A stretch of DNA of 63,722 nt, the filler included, from Octopus bimaculoides (Eukaryota), in assembly GCF_001194135.2 (NCBI RefSeq). It is 5 parts of 5 records of this genome, joined end to end, with 100 filler letters (N's around TTAATTAATTAA, not from the genome) between each part and the next. Parts side by side here need not be neighbours in the genome. Positions count along the whole stretch, not along the records: positions 1 to 11,876 come from NC_068987.1; 4 more parts are not named here. One strand, 5' to 3'. The translations under genes and the position numbers were made by a program. Below the pieces are notes generated by a model. That model did no database searches, was not told the origin of the DNA, and saw only the letters and a list, made by a program, of their open reading frames with translations. Of this stretch, positions 1 through 11,932 are shown one piece after another. The stretch's first letter is position 1, and each line of letters starts with the position of its first letter.

Positions 1-60
<60 letters not shown>
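1..60. repeat. (TG)n microsatellite
   Basis: Pure TG dinucleotide run. Confidence 0.97.
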
Positions 61-65
<5 letters not shown>

Positions 66-444
66 GGAATTTCGACATTCATTGTTCCTAACATCATATG
101 GGGGAAGATAAGAAAAAGCTAGTCAATAAAATCTTTTGCATGGGAGGCTTAGTTGCGAAACACTCAAGCGTATACCCACTCACAAATACATGCATTCATA
201 TACACACAAAGCAAACACTAACATAAACCCGTATGTGGTTGCGTATACATACATGTATATGGTTGTATACATGTCTTTTGGTCTTTAGGCAGGATATTTG
301 TCGTACTGTCATTTATATTATTATATTTTATATTTTGCAAGGTTATTGACGTGAAAAAAATGTAGTGTTGAAACAGATGTTGCATCTTGGGCGGGTCATT
401 TTGCCAACAAGAAACACAAGCACTGGTTATATTCCACTTCCTTT

Positions 445-467
445 TATTATTATTATTATCATTATTA

Positions 468-558
<91 letters not shown>

Positions 559-566
559 TTTATTAT
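445..566. repeat. (TAT/TAA)n microsatellite, also the 3' tail/target of the adjacent LINE
   Basis: Long ATT triplet run abutting the LINE 3' end. Confidence 0.95.
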
Positions 567-569
567 GAA

Positions 570-1070
570 AGCCTCTCGGATAGTTCTTAATTACCGGTTA
601 TTCTTTACTTGAAAGCAGGCAATAACAAATGACCGATAGGTTTCAATTAATGCCTTCTCCTGTGATTCAAAGACACAATGCTCTCCTTAGAATGCGAGCT
701 GTACCCAGCACTGTTAGCTTCTGGATCGCCTCGAGTCTGACAGCAGCTCCAGCATTCTTAATATTCTTAAACTGCTCCAAATGCTCCAATTACCACCGGT
801 ATCACCATTATTTTCCTCATGCCCCATAACTTTCCTATCACGTCCCACAGTGGCTGGTATTTCTCAATCTTTTCTATTTCCTTACATTGCACCCTCGAAT
901 CACTAGGTACTGTAATATTTATTATCTTTACTTCTTTTTCATCTTTATGGATGAGCACAATATCTGGTCGTCTCGCCTCTATGGCTTACTCGCATGTTAA
1001 AATCCCAGAGTATTTTGTGATGTTCGCTTTTCATTATTCCCTCAGGCTTGTGTTCATACCATCTGTTGGT
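570..1070 (-). mobile_element. 3' end of an RLE-type non-LTR retrotransposon (R4/Dong-like), fragment B
   Basis: Minus-strand translation across frames gives RWYEHKPEG..KILWDFN..EARRPDIVLIHKDEKEVKIINITVPSDSRV..KEIEKIEKYQPL..VIPVVIGAFG..IQKLTVLGTARILRRAL. This is the RPD/PD-(D/E)xK restriction-like endonuclease and typical C-terminus of R4/Dong elements, with stops and frameshifts. Confidence 0.85.
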
Positions 1071-1530
1071 ATTGATACATCAGTTAGAAAGCATTTTTTT
1101 CTTGGTGATCTCTGACAACTATATCCGGCCTATTGGCCTTAATTTCTCTATCGGTGTGTATTGGCATATCCCAGAGTATGGTTGCTTTCTCATTTTTTGT
1201 GACTTCTTCTGGCGTGTGCCTATACCATCTTTTTTCTGTTGGTATTCCATAGTGTTGGCATAGCTTCCAGTGTATACAGGTCCCACGTCTGTCGTGTCTG
1301 TGAATATGTTCCTTCTCAGCCAGGACTGGGCAGCCAGAAGCAATATGATTTATTGTTTCTTCTCCATCACCACATATTCTGCCGTTACTTGTATTTCTTT
1401 TCATTTTGTGTTTTTGATGATTTCTGGTGGGAAGGCTTTGAACTTGGGCTGCAATTATAAATCCTTCAGTCTCTGCTTTGAGTCCTGAGATTCTCAGCCA
1501 TTGCTGGGATTTTCTTTGTCTATTTCTTAA
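1062..1530 (-). mobile_element. RLE-type non-LTR retrotransposon (R4/Dong-like), fragment A: zinc knuckle to RPD motif
   Basis: ORF 1084-1617: WLRISGLKAETEGFIIAAQVQSLPTRN..RICGDGEETINHIASGCPVLAEKEHIHRHD..IHWKLC..ILWDMPIHTDREIKANRPDIVVRD. Confidence 0.88.
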
Positions 1531-1534
1531 TAAT

Positions 1535-1536
<2 letters not shown>

Positions 1537-1614
<78 letters not shown>
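1537..1614. repeat. (TAT/TAA)n microsatellite at the 5' side of the LINE
   Basis: ATT triplet run. Confidence 0.95.
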
Positions 1615-1616
<2 letters not shown>

Positions 1617-1926
1617 ATTAGCTAATAAATTAACGGATTAACTCATCGATTGCATGATTAGTCTTTCGATATATCAATCAGTCAGTGAATTAGAATTTGT
1701 CAGGGTCCTTTCGTCCCTACTTTTGATTGTATCAATGACATGCTCTCGTCATGTCAAACTTTTGTTTCACTAACAAAAAGCTTTTCAATCTGTAACATTG
1801 ATGAGATCAAGAATAGTCGCAAGAAAGCTCTGACAAAGCAACTGGTTGATGGAAATAATCGAACGATTAATAAAAAAATTCGCTAAGTTAGTCCAATAAT
1901 TGATTAACTGGTTAACTATTAATAAT

Positions 1927-2137
1927 GGTTTCACATTTTGGCACAAAGACAGCAATTTATGGTGTTGGGGTCAGTCAATTACACCGACCAGTGTTCAACT
2001 GGTACTTATTTTATAGACTCCGAAAGGATGAAAGGAAAAAAATCGACCTCGGTGGTATTTCAATTCAGAGCATAAAGACGGACGAAATGTCGCTAAGCAG
2101 TTTATCCGGCGTGTTAACAACCCTGTTAGCTTGCCAC
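1927..2137 (-). mobile_element. tRNA-derived SINE, family A (diverged copy)
   Basis: Reverse complement matches 14120-14352, including the B-box-like segment and the GCCTTTCATCCTTTCGGGGTCGAT..AAGTACCAG core. Confidence 0.85.
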
Positions 2138-2574
2138 TGTATTAATAGTAAAAAAGCAGGGAAATAGAAATAGAACTAGTGCGCGTGTTTCTTCTTGGCA
2201 AAAATGATCCCACCATGTTACAATAATTTCTGGTTTCATTGCAAATCTGAACATCAAAAGAATCATCTTGTATATCGAATATAAAAGTGATATATATATA
2301 TATATATANNNNNNNNNNNNNNNNNNNNNNNNNNNNNNNNNNNNNNNNNNNNNNNNNNNNNNNNNNNNNNNNNNNNNNNNNNNNNNNNNNNNNNNNNNNN
2401 NNNNNNNNNNNNNNNNNNNNNNNNNNNNNNNNNNNNNNNNNNNNNNNNNNNNNNNNNNNNNNNNNNNNNNNNNNNNNNNNNNNNNNNNNNNNNNNNNNNN
2501 NNNNNNNNNNNNNNNNNNNNNNNNNNNNNNNNNNNNNNNNNNNNNNNNNNNNNNNNNNTATATACGTGTATTTT

Positions 2575-2665
2575 GTGATTCCCCTATCACATTTTTGGCA
2601 ATTAAAAGGAAGGTCATGCTTCACTGATGAGGTCATAATAAGACTGATATATATCTAGAGTTGTC
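2575..2665 (+). ncRNA. Direct repeat copy 1 with a degenerate minimal hammerhead-like motif (PLE pLTR / retrozyme-like)
   Basis: CTGATGA (2624-2630), stem GGTC/GACT, GATA, palindromic ATATAT, then C. Homologous over ~90 nt to 3543-3632. Confidence 0.5.
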
Positions 2666-2799
2666 TCCTGTGATTCCTGAAAACGTATAAAGGAATAGTA
2701 TTAAGTAATATTGTGTTATTTCCTCTGCTCGTAATTATTTTAAGTTCTATTCTAAATACTTACTGTATTAAATATATCAGCACAAATATAACCACGCTA

Positions 2800-3470
2800 A
2801 AAGTAGAAGTTAATGGGCAATGCTTATTCAGAAAATACTCCAAGAATAATGTCTAGAGAAATCCTATACAGACTAAAACCATGATTTCCAATATACTTTT
2901 ATTTTCCAGAAAGAAAGAAAGAAAAAAAATCCCATCAAAATCGGAATTTAGATTTTTATATATATTTTTTATTCATTCTTATCTTCGTTTACTTAATTCC
3001 CTTTTGCTTTTCATTTCTTTCCTATCTTTACTGTATTTTTCTATTACTGGCTTTCTTACCCTTTTCACGTATCTTTATTATTAAATTTGTTTCAATTTTC
3101 GTATCCCAAATTTCATCAAATCTTTAAATATCACTTTTTCCTTTAAGGCCAAACTGAAATTATAGGTAAGTCACTTGGTAGTCATATCTTAAGGCAGGAT
3201 ACTTAACGTGCTGTCATTTTTATTCGAGAGTAATTTTTCATATATTTTAGGAAGATGAATTCTACAGTAAGGAGCCTTTATTTCGATTTAAAAATCTCAT
3301 CATTGTACAATCAAATTTAGAGAAAATGTTTCAGAGACACCATCCGCATGAGAAACAACACATAATAGTGTTAACATATTCAATGCAAGGAAGCATTTAA
3401 AATATCTAACTATAAATAATTATGAGATGAGGAAAAGCGTTTATAATCAATGCATAACATTTTTTCCGTT
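2800..3470 (+). mobile_element. Possible heavily decayed Penelope-like GIY-YIG endonuclease region
   Basis: Scattered motifs in the expected order: NGQCL (~2813), IIGKS (~3159), NSTVRSLYFDLK (~3258), TIK..ETPS, CKEAFKI. Many frameshifts. Confidence 0.35.
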
Positions 3471-3542
3471 TATCGTCATTGGACTTTTTTATTAAATTTA
3501 TTTTTCTCCGGCAAGCAATGAAAAATCTTGTATATATATATT

Positions 3543-3670
3543 GGGATACTCCCGTCACTTTTTCTGCAAGGTAAATGAAGGTTATCTTTCATTGATGAGA
3601 TCATAATGTGACCGATATATATCTAGAGTCGTCTACCGAGAAATATATGTCTAGAGTCGTCTACCGAGGA
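3543..3670 (+). ncRNA. Direct repeat copy 2 with a degenerate hammerhead-like motif plus a 28-nt tandem duplication
   Basis: TTGATGA-GATC-ataatgt-GACC-GATA-TATATC-TAGAG at 3592-3628. TCTAGAGTCGTCTACCGAG occurs at 3622-3640 and 3650-3668. Confidence 0.5.
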
Positions 3671-3689
3671 ATATTACTTTCAATATTCT

Positions 3690-3892
3690 GTCACAAGGCC
3701 AGCAATTCAGAAACTGGGGGTAAATCAATTGCATCAATCCCAGTGATGAACTGATACTTATTTTATCGATACCAAAAGGATGAAAGGCAAGGTCGACTTC
3801 GCGGTATTTGAACTCAGAACCTAAGCTCAGAAGAAATGTCGCTAAGCATTTTTTTTCCCCGGCACGGTAACGATTTTGCCAGCTCGCCACCT
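3690..3892 (-). mobile_element. SINE family A
   Basis: AAGGATGAAAGGCAAGGTCGAC..TTTGAACTCAGAAC..GCCAGCTCGCC matches the reverse complement of the family A head and core. Confidence 0.9.
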
Positions 3893-4957
3893 TGGATATG
3901 AAGAATATTAATAAGTGATTATTATTTCGTGAGTGCCTATTTATGATTTGCTAGATTTTTAATGCCTTTGCAATTAAGCATAACTGTATTAAAACTAGCG
4001 CTTAATGAACCTTCTTTATATTTGTCTCATTTACCTGTTCCAGAAGATTAGTTGATATGACATATTGGATAGACACGCTTAGTGAACTGCAAACTGGTTT
4101 TAAACAAAAAAGTTATCTTATCCTTAAATGAGACTCTTTCCTTTGAACTTTGGCCTCTCTGACATTAGGCAACATTAAATCTAACCAAATCACCAATTAC
4201 TTGTGAAATTATTGTTCTGTAGAACACCTGTTCATACTACCCTAAGAATATGCAACCTATATACTGGTAATCAGAGAAGGAGCGTCGGAATTGAAATGGA
4301 ATATCTGAATAGTCACAAGAGAAACAATATAGTTTAAAGAAAGAACAACGAACAAGAGCACAGAGTCAATGTAATTACGATATAATGGAAGGAAAGAACG
4401 AGATTTTAAGATTTCGGACAGATATCATTTGTCAAGAAAAGAAGTTGCAGAAGAATAGAGAAGATAATGAACAGAATGTAAAGTGGAATAATGATGTCGA
4501 TGTCAGTGAGACGACAGGTGAATTGGTAGAACAGTATTAGGCAAATGTTATTTTGTAACAAGAAGGACGAGAACTTAAAGAAATAAGCGAAATAAACGTG
4601 GGAAAATTTGACGGAATCTGTGCGTCTGCGCGTTAATGCACGCGTGTATTTCTCTGTGTGTGCGCGCGCGCGTGTATATGTGTGTGTGTGTGTGTGATGA
4701 AGTAGAAGTCGAGTGTATGCGTAGGTGTGAATGCGTGTGTATGTTTGCTGGAAAATAGTTGTGTGAATGTGTAGATGATATGTGGATGGACTCAGTAACA
4801 TTAATTGATTCACTGGCCTCAACTGACGTTTATCCCACTAATTGCCTGACTAAGGGATTTCAGTTCAATTCTCTGACCCTTTGCTAGGTGGTGCTACTGC
4901 GCCATGCTACTTTTCGATCTCCCCAAACGATTAATACTCCCAAATCGTTTGCAGGTT

Positions 4958-5400
4958 GAATTTTCTGCCCTCCTCTACAATCGACATGAACAAGGCATTA
5001 TCGTTTAATCAACCAACAAAAATGGCAGTGTTGCACTCTGGTACTATGACTTAGTAATGTTGAAGCGCTTTGTCGAATTCTCAATCCTCTATTGTATCGT
5101 AAATTATCCTCTGATCATTTCCTCCGAAATCAACACACGCCAATTCATCTTCCCACTTCTCCTACTACTACCATTCGACCAACTTCGTTCTTCGTATACT
5201 GCATACTGTTTTATATGCTTGGTCCTCAACGATCCATTAGGCCAGTATACCCAGTCTCCTCATTAATTCCGCCTGCACTGTCCCACCGAACTCATTACAA
5301 CACATGCAATACATGTTCACATATACTACAGTAAACCTTTCCAAGCTTATCTTGTTTATCTCACTTAGCTTATGCTCGACCTGCTGAAAACAACCATTGT
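4958..5400 (+). mobile_element. Decayed Penelope-like reverse transcriptase, N-terminal region
   Basis: EFSALLYNRHEQGIIV*STNKNGSVALW..VEALCRILNPLLYRKLSSDH..FYML..IRPVYPVS resembles the PLE RT pattern (E..AL..L..IIIK.ADKG.AVV.W..EA.RQL..Y.KL..DP..FY.LPK..RPIVS). Confidence 0.55.
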
Positions 5401-6596
5401 TCCATACTTAGATTCTGCTGTTCAACATTTGCCTTAATAACAATGTTGTTTTCCATTTCTTCTTTGTATTCTTTTCTTGACAAATTACCGCCGTCCGAAA
5501 CGTTGAATTATTCACATTTCCTTTCATAACAGCATAATTATATTGCCTTTGTATACTTGTTCGTTGTTATGCCTTTTCTTTGTTTTCCTCAAGACTTTAT
5601 TTGGACAGTATTCAGAGAGTTTAGTTTTGAAAAGATGCGAACGCTGCTGAAGGTGCAACAATTTGAACTACAATGTCCACGATCATATCAAATATATACT
5701 CTAAGTCTAATTAAGGCTGTGATCGTAGTTTTTGCGTGATGAGTAAAAGATTATACTGAACCTTAGTCAAATTTAGGCCTAGATCAATCAAATATACATC
5801 TTGATCAAATGAGTTTTAGCCGTGATCACGGACGTTACGTAGATAGGAATATTTTCCATGTATTCCTTTGTTCTTAGAGTACGGAATGTTGTAGTTTAAC
5901 TTGAATTTGGCAGTTACTTCTAGTAGGGTGAGTGGTTCGCTTGTCGACATCCCACCTTTTTTTTTAAAGTAACAGAATAAATTTTGTTGTGTGTGGCCAT
6001 TGTCGATTATATTAACTTCATTATACAACGTGGCGTTATTTCATTGGAAATTACAGAAGTCAAAATTTATATCAGAATCCATATGAACTCCAACGACGAA
6101 TGGAAAAAGAGAATAAAGAAAAAAACAACAATTTCGTAATACATGTTACTCTGCCGCTCCATCAATTCTATCATTTCAACCTACCGAGATTAATCTTTGC
6201 CCTTCACCACTCAAAGGTCCATAAATAAAATAAGAAACAGTCAATAGACTGCTTTATCTCCCACACCACCGGCTAACTTACATTACGAAACATTAACCTT
6301 GTACTGAAGTAAGAAAGCCTAATACTTCAGCACTGACTCATTGACAGATAAACTTCAGACGCAATGTTTCAATGTGTAAATTAGTAGAAATTAGAAAACA
6401 AGAGAACGCTGTCAATGGTGTGTTACCTCAAGTCACTGACATTAAGTAGCATTACAAAGAGCCAAGTGGACAGGTAGATGGAAAAGAGAGAGACGGCTAA
6501 GAGCGAAGGATTACTTTTCAGTTTGAACACCAGAAAATAATGCTGGAAGTAAATACTTCCATGTTTGGAGAACAGTAAGACGTTCGTTTGGTCATG

Positions 6597-6597
<1 letters not shown>

Positions 6598-6676
<79 letters not shown>

Positions 6677-6836
6677 CGACCCCTTTTGATCGCTTTCTTT
6701 TTCTCCAACCCTTTTGATCGGAATTTTACTTTTTTTTCTCTTTTTTTTCCCCTTTTCTTTTTCATTTTCGCAAAGAAAAGCTTTACATTTGTATTTGTCC
6801 CCTTTGTGTTCAGCCCTGTGTGGCCAATAAAGAAAG

Positions 6837-6905
<69 letters not shown>
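6598..6905. repeat. (TC)n and two (TATC)n arrays with a pyrimidine-rich spacer
   Basis: Direct inspection. Confidence 0.9.
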
Positions 6906-6960
6906 AGTCTATATCTGTGTGCGTATTTACGTATGCATGTATAAAAGTTATATATGTATA

Positions 6961-7090
6961 TAGGACTCCGTCGGTTACGACGACGTATGTTCCAGTTGAT
7001 CCGACCAACGGAACAGCCTACACATGAAATTAACGTGTAAGTGGCTGAGCACTCCACAGACATGCATACCATTAACATAGTTCTCAAGAA
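6961..7090 (-). mobile_element. Repeat family C fragment (probable SINE body)
   Basis: GTGGCTGAGCACTCCACAGA..CAGCGT is shared with 56570-56635. Assignment to the family C SINE and orientation are inferred. Confidence 0.55.
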
Positions 7091-7099
7091 GGTTCAGCG

Positions 7100-7225
7100 T
7101 AGAATATAGTAGAAGAGGCTATAGTAGAAGACCCTCGCCCATGGTGCCACGCAGTGGGACTGAACCATGTGGTTGGTAAGCAAGCTACTTACAACACAGT
7201 CACCCCTGCGCCTATAGCCACTCCT
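7100..7225 (-). mobile_element. tRNA-derived SINE family B head and CORE-like domain
   Basis: Reverse complement matches 22133-22309 (GGCTATAGTAGAAGAC..GGTGCCACGCAGTGGGACTGAACC..GGTAAGCAAGCTACTTAC). Confidence 0.88.
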
Positions 7226-8456
7226 GATGTATATATACATAATCAAATTGAAATATTTGGTGTTTTACGCAGTTGTAGAGTTGAGAATTTCTCTTTACAG
7301 GAACGAGTTTCTAGTTTCAGTCCTGTTGCGTGGATTCTTACCCAAATGTTTCCTTTTATAATCGCGGGATGACTGTATACATCGTAAGCGGAGCTGAAAG
7401 TGGTGGACAGAAACTGAAAAGAAGTCCGCCGTGTGCATGCTTGCATATATGTTTGATCTCTTCATTATTTAAATATTTGAATTTTTCCTCTCTCTAAGGA
7501 GCTGGTTTCTAACAAAGATACACAGCGCCTTTGTTGAATGTAGATAACAAAAATAAATTCGTATTTTCAACTTGAGAAATGTCTTGTAGACTTTTACTGT
7601 TCCATTTACAGATAGTATTTGTAATGCGCAATTTATCTAACAGGTCCCTTTTTTCTGAAAACTGTAGCTTATCCAGATTATCACTTAGACATTTACTCAC
7701 AAACCAAATACACCAATTATTATTGTTACAAACGTGAATTTATAATGGGGTCATAGAAGCTGAAGGTTTCAAAGCAGTTGTCAGTTGTTATTCTCTCTTG
7801 TATGTATGTATGTATGTATATATGTATGTATGCATGTATGCATGTATGTATGTATGTATGTATGTATGTATGTATATCATTCAGTTTTATTTCGAGTTTT
7901 CCTGCCAATAGAGAAAGAGCCGGTTATGTATGTATGTATGTATGTATGAGTACATGAACGATTTAGTATATTGTAAATTGCTAATGAACTGGAAATATGT
8001 ATCCACAGAATTCAGCTTCTCAATTTATTATGATGTCGTTAAATTCCAATATATTATTACTTCAGTATAGTAGAAATTGCAGGTATGATACTGTGTAAAG
8101 TTTAAAACTGGCTAAAACGAATATTCAGAGAAGCGCATTTGGAAGATTGTAAAACAATCGATCGCAATGATATTTCAAAAAAATTTATTTATTCTTTTCC
8201 ACAGCTGTTTGAATGACCCACGAGAAAACATTCTCAGCTGTATAATAGTTAGGTAAATAATTGTAGTTATAAAATTAATTTTGTTGAATACGACGAGGAA
8301 ATCCATTTCATCTGGAATGTTTTTGAAATATAAAAATATTAAATGACTGTTGCTGTAATAAATATAATATACAAAGCATATTAGGAGAAAATAAATATTA
8401 AAAATTCGCCGCCTGAAGAAAAGGATTCATGAACGTCCAAGATATGGTATGACAAA

Positions 8457-8670
8457 TTGGTTTCAAATTTTGGCACAAAGCCAGCAACTTCGGGGAGGAG
8501 TAAGTCGATTACATCGACTCCAGTGCTGAACTGGAACTTATTTTATCTTTCCGGGAAATATAACAGGCAAACTGGACCTCAGCAGTATTTAAACTCAGAA
8601 CGTTAGGACAGACGAAATGTTATAAAAAAGCATTTTGCCTGGCATGCTAACAATTCAGCCAGTTCGCCAT
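8457..8670 (-). mobile_element. SINE family A (diverged)
   Basis: Homology to the other family A copies. Confidence 0.8.
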
Positions 8671-8834
8671 CTTCGTATGAAATGACATATTGGAAGTCTT
8701 ACTGACGACATAAACACAGTTAATGTTTAAGCAAGCCAGTCTTATAGAATTCATCAATACACGGTTTGTCGATTAGTTTTTATTTGTAGTTGCTTTTATA
8801 GCTCAATTTCAGCTCTGATTGAGGAGACCGATGA

Positions 8835-9046
8835 TTCTTTTCTCCACTAGGCACAAGGCCCGAAATTTTGAGGGAGGGAGCCAGTCGATTAGATCGATTC
8901 CAGTACACAACTGGTACTTAATTTATCGACCTCGAAAGGATGAAAGACAAAGTCGACCTCGGTGGAATTTGAATTCGGAACGTAAAGACAGACTAAATAC
9001 CGCTAAGCATTTCACCCGGCGTGCTAACGTTTCTGCTAGCTCGCGG
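8835..9046 (-). mobile_element. SINE family A
   Basis: CTGGTACTTAATTTATCGACCTCGAAAGGATGAAAGACAAAGTCGACCTCGG core; 3' variant shared with 57443-57605. Confidence 0.92.
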
Positions 9047-9789
9047 GACCGATTATTAAAGGCATCGAAGTAGTGACAATCACATCTCGATTTTTCTAAT
9101 TAAAAAAATATCCAAAGGATAACATGCTAACATTTTCTGAAGTGTCATTTCTACTCTTTTTAAAGAAAATATGGGTTGACTTCAGAGAGATTAGGCTGCT
9201 TTTTCTAGCAGATTTTGAATGACCACAAATAGGCTCACTTCGTTGTGGAAGGTATGTATAAGAGATAGAGAAAATGCTACCTCAATTTCTGAGTTTGAAA
9301 TGTCGTCAATGTCATTCATAACTTAATTACCTCGGAGGGCATACAAAACAAGAAAATAAGAACCCGCAAACAGATTGAAGACCGATCTAGTATACTAAAA
9401 GTTCGCCCAACGAAAATGACTCATGTACCAAAGGAACAAATGCAAAAGGTGTCCAGAGACTCGTTATGGCAATCAAAAATCAGACATTATTTTCTATTGC
9501 ATTTTGGGATAACTTGAATATTCATATAATCAGTTTAATTTCCGTTTTGGTTTTTCCATTGTTTCGTTTGAGAGTATCATGATAGTGGTGGCGGTGGCAA
9601 TGTGGCAATGTTGTTGATCTCATGACCTATAATGCGATTGAACCGAAATTATTAACCATGATGCCACGCAAGTTAGAGAAGTCATTATAAAAGATGAGTG
9701 AGATGTAATAAACTCTTTGATGTTACTGCTTAAGGGAAATATTTTGACAGTACAAAATGGTACATACAAGCATGTATTCATAATTATAT

Positions 9790-9876
9790 ACGTATACATA
9801 CATACATACGTACATACATACATGCATACATACATACATATATTTATAAATCCATGCATATATTCATACATACGCA

Positions 9877-9920
<44 letters not shown>

Positions 9921-9921
9921 C

Positions 9922-9981
<60 letters not shown>

Positions 9982-9991
9982 GTCTGTCTGC

Positions 9992-10058
<67 letters not shown>

Positions 10059-10112
10059 CATATAAACAAAAACCATACACTCTCGTATATATATATATAT
10101 ATATATATATAT
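9790..10112. repeat. Compound (TACA)/(TATC)/(TA) microsatellite
   Basis: Direct inspection; it explains the overlapping spurious ORFs. Confidence 0.92.
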
Positions 10113-10562
10113 GAACTCATACATATACAAAACGTAACACATGTATACATAAACGAGGTGAAAAACAATCACCCCACTCCTAGTAGCAAAGCTAAATCGA
10201 AAAAATTCCATCTATTTTCTGACAAATTAAAAAAACAGTTTTAAAAACATGGGCGGCTTACTGGCGACATTAATGATATTTACTATTTTATAGCATGCAC
10301 TCACAAGCATACACGCACACAGGCACAGACACACGTATACACACGCAGGTACACACATCCACACACAATACATACACAATACACACACCGTACACACACA
10401 CACGCGCACGCACACGTGTATTTTGTATATTCATTTTTTTCAGTTGGTTTCAGTTACGACATCCAGTATGAGTATCTTCCTCAGAAGCGAGCCAGCAGGC
10501 TGGTGTCCACCGTTGCCTTTATTTTAGACTGAATCACATTCTCCCATTTTCGCTCCCACGTT

Positions 10563-10594
<32 letters not shown>

Positions 10595-11825
10595 TCCTGC
10601 TATTAAAAGAATTCCTCAAAGAATTAATAACAAACAAATCACAACTTCAACTTTTCTCATTCTACTTCACTAAGAGCGCTTTCATATTCTGCGCAAATAT
10701 AATGATGCACTTTAAATTTTATACTACCGACTGATATCAAACTGAGTTTAAATATCAAATACGTATGTATTTGATATATNNNNNNNNNNNNNNNNNNNNN
10801 NNNNNNNNNNNNNNNNNNNNNNNNNNNNNNNNNNNNNNNNNNNNNNNNNNNNNNNNNNNNNNNNNNNNNNNNNNNNNNNNNNNNNNNNNNNNNNNNNNNN
10901 NNNNNNNNNNNNNNNNNNNNNNNNNNNNNNNNNNNNNNNNNNNNNNNNNNNNNNNNNNNNNNNNNNNNNNNNNNNNNNNNNNNNNNNNNNNNNNNNNNNN
11001 NNNNNNNNNNNNNNNNNNNNNNNNNNNNNNNNNNNNNNNNNNNNNNNNNNNNNNNNNNNNNNNNNNNNNNNNNNNNNNNNNNNNNNNNNNNNNNNNNNNN
11101 NNNNNNNNNNNNNNNNNNNNNNNNNNNNNNNNNNNNNNNNNNNNNNNNNNNNNNNNNNNNNNNNNNNNNNNNNNNNNNNNNNNNNNNNNNNNNNNNNNNN
11201 NNNNNNNNNNNNNNNNNNNNNNNNNNNNNNNNNNNNNNNNNNNNNNNNNNNNNNNNNNNNNNNNNNNNNNNNNNNNNNNNNNNNNNNNNNNNNNNNNNNN
11301 NNNNNNNNNNNNNNNNNNNNNNNNNNNNNNNNNNNNNNNNNNNNNNNNNNNNNNNNNNNNNNNNNNNNNNNNNNNNNNNNNNNNNNNNNNNNNNNNNNNN
11401 NNNNNNNNNNNNNGGTTCTGACCAAGGGAATAGCTTAGAAACATTCATTGAATGAGTTTTATGTCCCCCTGTGTGTGAGTGTGTGTGAGTGTGTGTGTGA
11501 GTTTGTGTATGTGTGTGTGTGTGTGCGTGTATTATGTTGAATGTCCTTTCAATATATTTGGAATGTGACCAGCTGTGTGTTGATGGGTGTGTTTGTTGTG
11601 ATAAATGTCTTGTTACAGAAACAGTTAGGATTTTCTCTTGGGCTGGATTTTTTTTTCTCTTTTGAGTGTCTCCACCTGTGTGTATGTGTGTAGTCACCAG
11701 CTGTGTGGATGTGCGTGTGTTTGTGTGTTTGTGTTTATGTGTGAATGTGTTTGCGTGCATGTATGTGAGTGTGTTTTTTGCAATGCTTTCTTTTGTGTGT
11801 ATGTGTGTGTTTGTGTGTATGTGTG

Positions 11826-11876
<51 letters not shown>

Positions 11877-11920
11877 NNNNNNNNNNNNNNNNNNNNNNNN
11901 NNNNNNNNNNNNNNNNNNNN

Positions 11921-11932
11921 TTAATTAATTAA
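11921..11932. other. Scaffolding pad TTAATTAATTAA inside an N gap (also 22355-22366, 54277-54288, 62270-62281)
   Basis: The same 12-mer with stops in all frames is embedded between N runs four times. Confidence 0.9.

Noticed and set aside
11921-11932. TTAATTAATTAA palindrome recurring four times
   Set aside because: Always flanked by N runs; it is an assembly spacer, not biology.
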